Origin: an uncultured virus (IMG/VR IMGVR_UViG_3300049489_000201)
Lineage: Duplodnaviria; Heunggongvirae; Uroviricota; Caudoviricetes
Strand: one strand, 5' to 3'
Length of the DNA: 55,090 nucleotides
IMG/VR virus record: IMGVR_UViG_3300049489_000201
Below are positions 37,602 to 45,046 of this stretch, piece by piece. A program made the position numbers and the translations under genes. Each line of letters opens with the position of its first letter. The stretch's first letter is position 1. The notes beneath the pieces were generated by a model. It was given only the letters and a program-made list of their open reading frames with translations. It made no database searches and had not been told where the DNA came from.

Positions 37602-37703
37602 CTGGCTCGACGGAGCCTGGGAAGATGGTGGGAAATGAGGGAATTACCCCGCCGGGTTGCTAAGACGATGCCATTCCCCTTCGCTCAAAGCAACACCCAC
37701 AAT

Positions 37704-37776
37704 GCCTCGTAAGCATCTTAGGAGAAGCGCTGCTCTTGTAAAGCAGAGGTAGCCGGTTCGAATCCGGCACGAGGCT
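37704..37776 (+). tRNA. tRNA-Thr(TGT)
   Basis: CTGCT-CTTGTAA-AGCAG. Confidence 0.9.
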
Positions 37777-37788
37777 CGTAAAATATAT

Positions 37789-37859
37789 AGGCCGTTGGTG
37801 TAGTGGTAACACAAATGCTTCCAACCCATTTGTCCGGAGTTCGATTCTTCGACGGCCTG
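37789..37859 (+). tRNA. tRNA-Trp(CCA)
   Basis: A1-U72, G73; loop TTCCAAC. Confidence 0.82.
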
Positions 37860-37903
37860 CTCTGAACTTATTGCTAAGATATCAGATGTGCTATACTGGT
37901 GGC

Positions 37904-38329
37904 ATGGAAACAAAACGATGCCCAAAGTGCGATGAGTTTAAGATGCGCGAACAATTCACGACGAAGCGCGGAGGCTTTGGGTCGTATTGTAAGCAATGTA
38001 AGTTAGAGTATGACAAGCAATACTACGCAAAAAACGACTCACGCCAGAAGTGGCAACGAGAGCAAAACAAAAAAGTAGCCAAGAGAAATCAAGACTACGT
38101 ATGGAACTATCTACTAAATCATCCATGTGTTGATTGTGGCGAGTCTGACCCAGTAGTTCTAGAGTTTGACCACCAGAAAGATAAAATTTCTGGAGTGGGA
38201 AAAATGTCTAGCAAGCAAGTTTCTATTTCTAAATTGCAAGCAGAGATAGATAAATGTCAGATTAGGTGTTGCAATTGTCATCGTCGTAAAACAGCAAGAA
38301 CATTAGGATGGCACAGTTATTCAAGATAA
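37904..38329 (+). CDS. HNH homing endonuclease-like protein
   Basis: CxxC...CxxC, PC.DCG.....LEFDH, EI.KC...C.NCHR; leaderless. Confidence 0.88.
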   Translation: METKRCPKCDEFKMREQFTTKRGGFGSYCKQCKLEYDKQYYAKNDSRQKWQREQNKKVAKRNQDYVWNYLLNHPCVDCGESDPVVLEFDHQKDKISGVGKMSSKQVSISKLQAEIDKCQIRCCNCHRRKTARTLGWHSYSR

Positions 38330-38401
38330 CGGAGTGTAGTGAAATGGTAATCACGGCAATCTGATACATTGCAATCGGAAGTTCAATTCTTCCCATTCCG
38401 A
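38330..38401 (+). tRNA. tRNA-Ile(GAT)
   Basis: GCAAT-CTGATAC-ATTGC; acceptor CGGAGTG/CATTCCG. Confidence 0.85.
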
Positions 38402-38412
38402 CGTAAAGTTAA

Positions 38413-38483
38413 TCCCAGTGGGTGTGATGGCAGCACTATAGTCTCTGACACTATCGGACGTGGATCGAAACCATGACTGGGAG
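38413..38483 (+). tRNA. tRNA-Gln(CTG)
   Basis: ATAGT-CTCTGAC-ACTAT; T-loop ATCGAAA. Confidence 0.82.
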
Positions 38484-38487
38484 CAAT

Positions 38488-38558
38488 GGTTCTGTAGTTA
38501 AATGGTATAACGAGTGCTCGACACGCACTTATTCTAGGTTCAATTCCTAGTGGAACCA
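38488..38558 (+). tRNA. tRNA-Val(GAC)
   Basis: AGTGC-TCGACAC-GCACT (C33). Confidence 0.85.
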
Positions 38559-38562
38559 CGCT

Positions 38563-38964
38563 ATGAAGGAATGCTCGGCGTGCCACAATAATTTCTCGAC
38601 GGAGCAGTTTGCCGCGAGATCATCTATGTGCAAGCCATGTCATAATTCATACACAAGAGATCACTACCAAAAGAACAAGCAATACTATAAGAATAAGGCC
38701 AGGGCGCGCGAAGCACAGTCGAGAGCCCTAATTTCAGAATACAAAGCATCTACACCCTGTGCAGACTGCGGACTTTCGTACCCCGCCGTGTGTATGGATT
38801 TTGATCACCTGAGCGACGACAAGTTATTCAACATTGCTAGTCGCGCGAAGAGTGGATTTTCTAAAAGTGTAGTTGCTGAAATGCAGAAGTGTGAGTTGGT
38901 TTGTGCTAACTGCCATCGACTGCGAACACAAATGCGGGTATCGCCTAACGGATATGGCACTTGA
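38563..38964 (+). CDS. HNH homing endonuclease-like protein
   Basis: PCADCG.....MDFDH, KCELVCANCHR; paralog of 37904. Confidence 0.88.
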   Translation: MKECSACHNNFSTEQFAARSSMCKPCHNSYTRDHYQKNKQYYKNKARAREAQSRALISEYKASTPCADCGLSYPAVCMDFDHLSDDKLFNIASRAKSGFSKSVVAEMQKCELVCANCHRLRTQMRVSPNGYGT

Positions 38965-39010
38965 CTACGAATCAAGCACAATGTAGGTTCGAATCCTACT
39001 ACTCGTACCA
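38934..39010 (+). tRNA. tRNA-Arg(ACG)
   Basis: CTTGA-CTACGAA-TCAAG; encoded CCA. Confidence 0.9.
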
Positions 39011-39043
39011 TATTTATCCCGCCCTACGACCAAAGGACAATCA

Positions 39044-39403
39044 ATGAGTTTTGAGCCCTGCTCAATTCTATTTTATGGCGGGCCCATGCATGGACGAATA
39101 ATGACCGTTGATCGCCCGACATATGTTGTGCACACACAGGGACCGCCACAATTTTTTCATCAAGATAACATGACCGAGTGTACGGTGCCCATGCCAAAGC
39201 GGTTTTACTATAAATATACTCCAATCAAAAACTTACGGGTAGATATTGATTTCCACAGTCATAGGGTAACCAATACAGTAACTCAGGGTTACGCCATGGT
39301 TTGCGACGCCAAAAAGTATGACAGCGCCAAGGTTTGGCGCATGATGGAGCGGTATAAGACAATACCAGGATATTCTGAGATAACTTGGCCTGTTCCACAG
39401 TAA
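39044..39403 (+). CDS. Hypothetical protein
   Basis: AAGGA RBS; F.GGP.HG motif. Confidence 0.65.
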   Translation: MSFEPCSILFYGGPMHGRIMTVDRPTYVVHTQGPPQFFHQDNMTECTVPMPKRFYYKYTPIKNLRVDIDFHSHRVTNTVTQGYAMVCDAKKYDSAKVWRMMERYKTIPGYSEITWPVPQ

Positions 39404-39419
39404 GTGGTATCATATATGT

Positions 39420-39689
39420 ATGGCTATTCCAACTTTAACCGCGTCGCTTAATAAGGCGACCTACGCACCTGGTGAGAACATGTTGCTCACCATCAACTAC
39501 GCCGATGCTGACAATCAGTCAGTAAGCGTTACCATCGTCGTGACAGACGCAGCAGGAAATAGTTCTGCTCCTGTGACAGCCGCCGCCTTCATCAAGGATG
39601 CAGCAACACTTACAGTTACCGAAACCGGCAAGGTCTGGACCAAGGTATCTGACAACGGTGCGGTAGCGGTATACTCGCGGACGGCGTAA
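39420..39689 (+). CDS. Small Ig-like beta protein
   Basis: LNKATYAPGE.M.LT..., VTDAAGN; leaderless. Confidence 0.7.
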   Translation: MAIPTLTASLNKATYAPGENMLLTINYADADNQSVSVTIVVTDAAGNSSAPVTAAAFIKDAATLTVTETGKVWTKVSDNGAVAVYSRTA

Positions 39690-40556
39690 ATGCCAAACGT
39701 ATCTGTATCTGTTACTGACGGGTCTGGACAGACAAGCACAACATCAGTAAATTACACTGTTGCTGCTTCGTCAACCCGCCCGGCACTTTTAGTGCCTGGC
39801 TATGCTGTAGAGAAATTCTACGACGACTTCAAAACCTTCGACACCACAAAGTGGACTAAAAATACTGGTCCGCTCGGTGCGCCTCGTGAAGAATACAACC
39901 GCGCTGAAAATGTGACCATTGGGCCAGACGGGCTGCAAATCACAGCAAAGCGTGAGGCATACGGTGGCAAGCAGATCACATCTGGATATGTCACCAGTTC
40001 TGGCAAGGCAGCATTTGGCCCGTATGCGCTGTTTGAGGCAGAAATTACGATGCCGAAGATGTCTCCACCTGACTCAGCAGGTCTTTGGCCTGCGTGGTGG
40101 TTGCGCTACGACACGCTGCCGGGAGAAATTGATACTCTAGAGGCGTACGGTAGGCCGTTTGCAGCCGCACGGACGTCAGCAGACACGCTGATTATGACCG
40201 AAGCCTACGAAGTTACGACTCACGGAAACACTAATGGAAGCCTTGGTAGGCTTAATGCTCAGGCCCCGACCGGATCGGTTAAGGATCTAACAAGGCATCG
40301 CTACGGCGTCGCTATTGACGCTGTTGGCATCACGTACTACCTAGACGGACAACCAGTTCTAGATAAGTATGGACGTAACCCTATGTCATGGGCTACACTT
40401 GCTACCAAGAACGTTCCACAGGCTAACTTTATGGCTGCCGCGCACATGCGCTTGCAGTTGCAGGTTGGCTCAAGTTACTGGGGGCCGTCTAATGCACAAA
40501 CAGCGTTGCCAGCAACGATGAAGGTTCACTGGACAAGAGTTCTAACTAAGACTTGA
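39690..40556 (+). CDS. GH16-family glycoside hydrolase
   Basis: FYDDF..FD.TKW, GLWPAWW, GEIDTLE. Confidence 0.85.
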   Translation: MPNVSVSVTDGSGQTSTTSVNYTVAASSTRPALLVPGYAVEKFYDDFKTFDTTKWTKNTGPLGAPREEYNRAENVTIGPDGLQITAKREAYGGKQITSGYVTSSGKAAFGPYALFEAEITMPKMSPPDSAGLWPAWWLRYDTLPGEIDTLEAYGRPFAAARTSADTLIMTEAYEVTTHGNTNGSLGRLNAQAPTGSVKDLTRHRYGVAIDAVGITYYLDGQPVLDKYGRNPMSWATLATKNVPQANFMAAAHMRLQLQVGSSYWGPSNAQTALPATMKVHWTRVLTKT

Positions 40557-40582
40557 CAGGCCCGCAGCCAGTCTGGTATAGT
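40553..40582 (+). promoter_or_regulatory. SigA-type promoter
   Basis: TTGACA-N18-TATAGT. Confidence 0.75.
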
Positions 40583-40644
40583 ATTCCATACGACGCCAGA
40601 GCCGCTCTAGTCCTGGGGAGAGACTTAAAACCTTCCCTCCACCT

Positions 40645-40715
40645 GGGGCGTGAAGTGTAAGGGTAGCACAAAACACTTGCAATGTTTTAGAGGGGTTCGA
40701 CTCCCACACGCTCCA
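40645..40715 (+). tRNA. tRNA-Ala(TGC)
   Basis: G3-U70; AAACA-CTTGCAA-TGTTT. Confidence 0.85.
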
Positions 40716-40721
40716 CTTGCT

Positions 40722-40766
40722 TTCTTGAATCCGGAAATTCTGGCAAAGACTATTGAATACCTAAGT
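40722..40766 (+). pseudogene. Possible C-terminal relic of an EndoVII-type endonuclease
   Basis: Translates FLNPEILAKTIEYLS with no start codon. Confidence 0.4.
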
Positions 40767-40913
40767 CCTGTCCGCATGAGATAGGCGAGCCTGCACTTGT
40801 ATGGAGGTAGGCGGCTGGCCCAGCCAGGCTACGGGCACGCTAGCGTAGGTTGTCCTAGGAATCAACCTTCTGTAATCAGCCAGACGTTGCTCCCGTCGAT
40901 AAGGGGGAACCAT

Positions 40914-40983
40914 GCACCGGTCGCTAACGGTAAGCACGTTGCTTTACACGCAACCGATGGGGGTTCGATTCCCTCCCGGTGTA
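40914..40983 (+). tRNA. tRNA-Val(TAC)
   Basis: GTTGC-TTTACAC-GCAAC. Confidence 0.88.
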
Positions 40984-41092
40984 CGTTAACCGCAAGACGA
41001 ATATGTAAAAGGCAGGGCAAATGTCCGGAGCCGGTGGATTTCGAATAGGCCACATATAAGTCTACCGTGGGGTGCGTTAATCCTTACACCAT

Positions 41093-41167
41093 GTGCTTGT
41101 AGCCCAACTTGGCAGAGGTGCTCGGCTTAGACCCGAGAGGTTGTGGGTTCGAATCCCACCTGGCACA
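41093..41167 (+). tRNA. tRNA-Leu(TAG), short variable arm
   Basis: CTCGG-CTTAGAC-CCGAG. Confidence 0.87.
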
Positions 41168-41177
41168 CGTTATATAT

Positions 41178-41259
41178 GCTCCCGTGGTGAAACTGGTATA
41201 CACGTTAGACTTAGGATCTAATGACGCAAGTCGTGTCGGTTCGAATCCGACCGGGAGTA
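41178..41259 (+). tRNA. tRNA-Leu(TAG), long variable arm
   Basis: TTAGA-CTTAGGA-TCTAA. Confidence 0.92.
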
Positions 41260-41271
41260 CGTGAAAGACAA

Positions 41272-41339
41272 CGCTCTGGATCTGGTGATCAATCTCGTCT
41301 CATAAGCGAGTCAGTTGGGATCGTTACCCAATGGAGCGA
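41272..41339 (+). tRNA. tRNA with CAT anticodon (Met or Ile2), shortened D region
   Basis: CTCGT-CTCATAA-GCGAG; T-loop ATCGTTA. Confidence 0.7.
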
Positions 41340-41342
41340 CAA

Positions 41343-41413
41343 ATCGGAAGTGCGGGTTCGATCCCCGTCCGGTCCCACGAAGGGGCGGGTAGTGTAAATG
41401 GCAGCACGCTGGT
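41343..41413 (+). ncRNA. Circularly permuted tRNA-like element (YrlA-like tRNA-mimic domain)
   Basis: Order is T-arm, loop-closed acceptor stem, D-arm; ends pair as the anticodon stem. Confidence 0.7.
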
Positions 41414-41418
41414 TAAAA

Positions 41419-41492
41419 CGGAATGTGGGGCAGTGGTCAGCCCGCTCGGTTTGGATCCGAGAGTACCGTGAGTTCGAATCTCACCTTTCCGA
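41419..41492 (+). tRNA. tRNA-Pro(TGG), A37
   Basis: CTCGG-TTTGGAT-CCGAG. Confidence 0.88.
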
Positions 41493-41494
41493 CT

Positions 41495-41569
41495 GTGCCG
41501 GAAGTGGAGGCATCAACACTTGCACTGTGACTGCAAGTATCGCGGGTTCGAATCCCGTTCGGCACCCCA
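41495..41569 (+). tRNA. tRNA-His(GTG)
   Basis: TTGCA-CTGTGAC-TGCAA; C73 plus CCA. Confidence 0.85.
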
Positions 41570-41587
41570 CGTAACTACTATTAGTAG

Positions 41588-42361
41588 GTGAATGTGACAA
41601 CCCTGATTATTGGCTCAACGGCTATGCGTCGTTATATCCCCGACCGCACCGTCAATGATGTAGATACATTTTCTGATGTCCCCGAGACAAGCGACGACGC
41701 CTTTTGGCATGACTCGTTTTATGGTTGGCTAGGCACGTCTGGTATTCGATACGCCACGCTGGACGAACTCTACACCATCAAGGCTAGCCACGCCTATTGG
41801 TCTCTGCCCAATGGATCATGGAACAAGCACATGAACGATATGATCCTGCTAAAGCGGGCGGGTGCAATCCTTCACCTCCCGCTCCACGACCTGCTATACT
41901 CTGTCTGGGTCGAGAAGCACGGCGCTAAGCGCGTCAACTTGAACATGGACAGGGCAGACTTCTTCGATGACGCCGTGACACGGATCTACGATCACGACTC
42001 GATCCATTACTCTGTTGCCTACGGCGACCGCCCGCTCTATGAAGGTGTGTTCGACCAGGGCGCAAACATCAAGATGGATATGGCTGCGATCAAGGCCCTG
42101 CCATTTGAGACGCAAATACGGCTATATCGTGAAGAAATCTACGCAACTGCGTTAGAGCGGTACGTAATCCCTAGCGGTTACAAGATCAGTCCGCGCAAGG
42201 CATACGCCTGGGCGCTACAAAAGACCATCGTTAGTCTGACTAAGGGCTGGTCTGCCAGGTTCATCGTAGACAATTACGAGACCTTCATCAAGCCTGATAT
42301 GAACTACGTTGCGTGGCACCGTAGCAAGGCACACGAACTTATTAGATTGGATGCACGATGA
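41588..42361 (+). CDS. Putative Pol-beta-type nucleotidyltransferase
   Basis: IIGS.A...DVD; later Y.IK.SH, W.KH..D and YDHD.IH motifs. Confidence 0.6.
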   Translation: MNVTTLIIGSTAMRRYIPDRTVNDVDTFSDVPETSDDAFWHDSFYGWLGTSGIRYATLDELYTIKASHAYWSLPNGSWNKHMNDMILLKRAGAILHLPLHDLLYSVWVEKHGAKRVNLNMDRADFFDDAVTRIYDHDSIHYSVAYGDRPLYEGVFDQGANIKMDMAAIKALPFETQIRLYREEIYATALERYVIPSGYKISPRKAYAWALQKTIVSLTKGWSARFIVDNYETFIKPDMNYVAWHRSKAHELIRLDAR

Positions 42362-42792
42362 CTGCACTGAGCGAACTAACGACTGACGAAGTTCTTCGTC
42401 TGCTTGCTGTTGAGGCCGGTCCTGACGGATATGGCGGCGAAGAAACTGACGAGGACGACCTAGAATGGCAGACCGAAGAATACGGCGCGTTCTGGGGCTG
42501 GGATGCGCTAGATTACGGAATCTTTGCTGCCTACACATACGATCACACCGTAAGCCCGTCCAGGCGCATCGAGCGTCGGCCAACGCTTGGCGGATTTGAT
42601 GCAAAAATCGTTGAAGATGTGGGCGGCGAGGGTCAGGGTGACACACGATATGTCGTCTTTAGTCTGTCTGATGGCACTAACACCAGGTATTTCCGCAAGG
42701 ACGGCTACTACGCCAGTTACGACGGATCTACCTGGGATGGCGAATTCCGTGAGGTAACACCTATCGATAGAGTGGTAACGTTCTATGAGTGA
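42358..42792 (+). CDS. Hypothetical protein (paralog 1)
   Basis: GGEG.G...YFRK.GYY.SY.G..W...EV.P...V.T.YE. Confidence 0.75.
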   Translation: MTALSELTTDEVLRLLAVEAGPDGYGGEETDEDDLEWQTEEYGAFWGWDALDYGIFAAYTYDHTVSPSRRIERRPTLGGFDAKIVEDVGGEGQGDTRYVVFSLSDGTNTRYFRKDGYYASYDGSTWDGEFREVTPIDRVVTFYE

Positions 42793-43141
42793 TCTATACG
42801 TGTCAGTTGCGGATATCACCCCGCAAAACATCAAGGACTTTGTCGCTGCCGCATATTGCGCCGACGCTGGATATTCCTATGACCCTGGCTGCTATAGCGA
42901 GGCGATCTGGGAAATGTCTGGTGGTTCAATCCGCTACGGTGACGTATTCATTTCGTGCCAGCGCACAGGCGGTGGCGAGGGATCTGGTGAATACATGGAC
43001 GTTGTCTGGACATTCAAGGATGACAACAGCGCTCGCTATTTCAAGGAAACTGGCCGCTACTACAGTTTTGTGGGCGGGGAGTGGAACGACGACATGCGGG
43101 AAGTATTCCCCCGACAGGTAGAGGTGACAGTATATGAGTAA
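42785..43141 (+). CDS. Hypothetical protein (paralog 2)
   Basis: Same C-terminal motif. Confidence 0.75.
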   Translation: MSDLYVSVADITPQNIKDFVAAAYCADAGYSYDPGCYSEAIWEMSGGSIRYGDVFISCQRTGGGEGSGEYMDVVWTFKDDNSARYFKETGRYYSFVGGEWNDDMREVFPRQVEVTVYE

Positions 43142-43376
43142 CCCCAAGATCGAGTTTGTAGAAACCATTGACAACAAGCCATCGCTAACGTACTATGGTG
43201 AGTACGACCAGGGAACCACCTGGACAAACTGGAACGTGTATAAACTGACTGATGCTGCTGGTAACATCACGTACTTTAAGATCGGTCAGATTTACAACAG
43301 TTACGGCAGCCAGGAGGGCTCAACTAAGCCCGAACTCTGCACACCAGTAACTCGTACCGTTACAGCCTGGGAGTAA
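43134..43376 (+). CDS. Hypothetical protein (divergent paralog 3)
   Basis: YFK....Y.SYG...P...TVTAWE. Confidence 0.7.
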   Translation: MSNPKIEFVETIDNKPSLTYYGEYDQGTTWTNWNVYKLTDAAGNITYFKIGQIYNSYGSQEGSTKPELCTPVTRTVTAWE

Positions 43377-43378
43377 TC

Positions 43379-43594
43379 ATGGCCGGAAAGTGGCTTCAAA
43401 TCGTTCCGAAACCGTGCGCCTGCCCGAAGCCATTTGGCCTAAAAGAATTAATTCACGGGGTTGGCAGTAGGTGGCAGTGCGACTGTGGTAAAATTTGGGA
43501 AATCACCAAGTGGAACGGTGGCGATCAGCGCGAAGGGCCTTATGCTACGTGGCGGGAAGTTATTGCTCGTTCTATTCCGAATCGTTACACGTAA
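43379..43594 (+). CDS. Small Cys-containing protein
   Basis: C.CP...W.C.CG..W; GGAG RBS. Confidence 0.65.
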   Translation: MAGKWLQIVPKPCACPKPFGLKELIHGVGSRWQCDCGKIWEITKWNGGDQREGPYATWREVIARSIPNRYT

Positions 43595-43923
43595 TGGAAT
43601 ACAAAGATCCATATGCCCCTGACTGGTGGCTAGAAAAGTTTCCTCATACTTATACTGAGTATAAAGCGATAAAAGATGCTATCTGGATTACCGTTTATTT
43701 CAAGTTGGCTGGGAAAAACACCAGGCTAGATATGGAATACGATAGAGCCCAAATAGAGGTGTTCGGATCTTATGAAGAAATGTTCAAGCATTTCGCCATG
43801 GAGGTTTTGACCGAAGTGATTAGTTTTGGTGATCAGTCTGAGCCTCCGTTCATATACGGCCACCTGGTTTGGGATGACGATTGGAGAGACTACTATGGCA
43901 ACGCTACTAGTGGGGACGTTTAG
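43594..43923 (+). CDS. Hypothetical protein
   Basis: TAATG overlap. Confidence 0.6.
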   Translation: MEYKDPYAPDWWLEKFPHTYTEYKAIKDAIWITVYFKLAGKNTRLDMEYDRAQIEVFGSYEEMFKHFAMEVLTEVISFGDQSEPPFIYGHLVWDDDWRDYYGNATSGDV

Positions 43924-44152
43924 TACCAAGTGCTCTGCGTGCCATATGGACGCAGCGCCGGACCAAATCACGCACGATATTCAATATGGCTATGGCCCAC
44001 AGAACGGCACGCCAGGTTGTGGCGTTAAGTTTACGCACATCGTGTCTACGTACTACTACTGGTCCGAGGGCGGGATAGATCTAGGCGAGAAGTGGTGTCG
44101 AGAAAAGCGCCCAGATCTGATCTACGGAAACGACTTGACACCGACCGTCTGA
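43895..44152 (+). CDS. Hypothetical protein
   Basis: GGAG RBS, CxxC. Confidence 0.6.
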   Translation: MATLLVGTFSTKCSACHMDAAPDQITHDIQYGYGPQNGTPGCGVKFTHIVSTYYYWSEGGIDLGEKWCREKRPDLIYGNDLTPTV

Positions 44153-44164
44153 GTCTGATATAGT
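44135..44164 (+). promoter_or_regulatory. SigA-type promoter
   Basis: TTGACA-N18-TATAGT. Confidence 0.75.
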
Positions 44165-44199
44165 ATACCTACTGATCAGGGCGAGAGTCCAGATCGTAA

Positions 44200-44271
44200 C
44201 GGAATGTAGGCAAGTGGTATGTCGCTCGGTTTGGGGCCGAGATGTCGGGAGTTCGATTCTCCCCATTCCGA
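44200..44271 (+). tRNA. tRNA-Pro(TGG), G37
   Basis: CTCGG-TTTGGGG-CCGAG. Confidence 0.92.
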
Positions 44272-44378
44272 CCGGATAACAAAACAAAACAAATTACCCC
44301 GTGACGGTAGCGGTCGAAATGTAGAGTTAGTTATCTTAGGGAGAGAGTAGCGGTTACCGTCGATGAAATCTCCCGTCT

Positions 44379-44452
44379 GGGCCTATAGTTTAGCGGTTAA
44401 AACCCCAGTCTTTTAAACTGTGAGAGCCTCGGTTCGAATCCGAGTGGGCCTA
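44379..44452 (+). tRNA. tRNA-Lys(TTT)
   Basis: CAGT-CTTTTAA-ACTG. Confidence 0.88.
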
Positions 44453-44465
44453 CGTAAGAAACAAT

Positions 44466-44558
44466 GGCAGGGCAAGCCGAATTTTGGACGACGGCACTCG
44501 CCTTGAAAGCGAGCGAGCGTAACAGCCTTGAGGGTTCGAAACCACTCTCCTGCCGCCA
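44466..44558 (+). tRNA. tRNA-Ser(TGA)
   Basis: CTCGC-CTTGAAA-GCGAG; long variable arm; GCCA end. Confidence 0.85.
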
Positions 44559-44590
44559 ACTTATGAGACGAGTTATGATATAATGTCTCT

Positions 44591-45046
44591 ATGGATAAAG
44601 ACTGTAAAAAGTGCGGCGAGACAAAAAATGTAACAGATTTTCATCTGGCAGATTCAAAAACTAGACGCCGCCGCAATCAGTGCAAGGCGTGTCAAGCAAA
44701 GTATATTTCGGCGTATAAAAATGCTGATCCAGAAGCAATGCGTGATCGCTGGCGCAAAGCAAGCAGGAAATACTATAAAACAGAAAACAGAAAAAACAAA
44801 ACGCTCAGACAATATAGTCTTGATGAGTCTACGTACAACGAAATGTACGACTCACAAAACGGCGAATGCGCGATATGTCATCGCTCTATAACCTTAGTGG
44901 TAGATCATTGCCACACAAAAGGGGTTGTCCGTGGCCTACTTTGCAACATGTGCAATGTTGCATTAGGTTGTATGCAGGATGACGTTGACAGGTTGCGCGC
45001 GGCGGTGCTATACTTAGAACTTGCAGGCGGTAGGTTGGATATCTAG
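44591..45046 (+). CDS. Endonuclease VII-family homing endonuclease
   Basis: Q.G.CAIC....L.VDHCH..G.VRGLLC..CN..LG; leaderless. Confidence 0.9.
   Translation: MDKDCKKCGETKNVTDFHLADSKTRRRRNQCKACQAKYISAYKNADPEAMRDRWRKASRKYYKTENRKNKTLRQYSLDESTYNEMYDSQNGECAICHRSITLVVDHCHTKGVVRGLLCNMCNVALGCMQDDVDRLRAAVLYLELAGGRLDI

Noticed and set aside
37789..37859. Reading this tRNA as Gly(TCC), or any tRNA as a stop suppressor
   Set aside because: Stem register, A1-U72 and G73 fit Trp; no CTA, TTA or TCA anticodon was found and genes use all three stop codons
40645..40715. tRNA-Cys(GCA) reading
   Set aside because: Loop register gives TGC and the acceptor has G3-U70, so it is Ala
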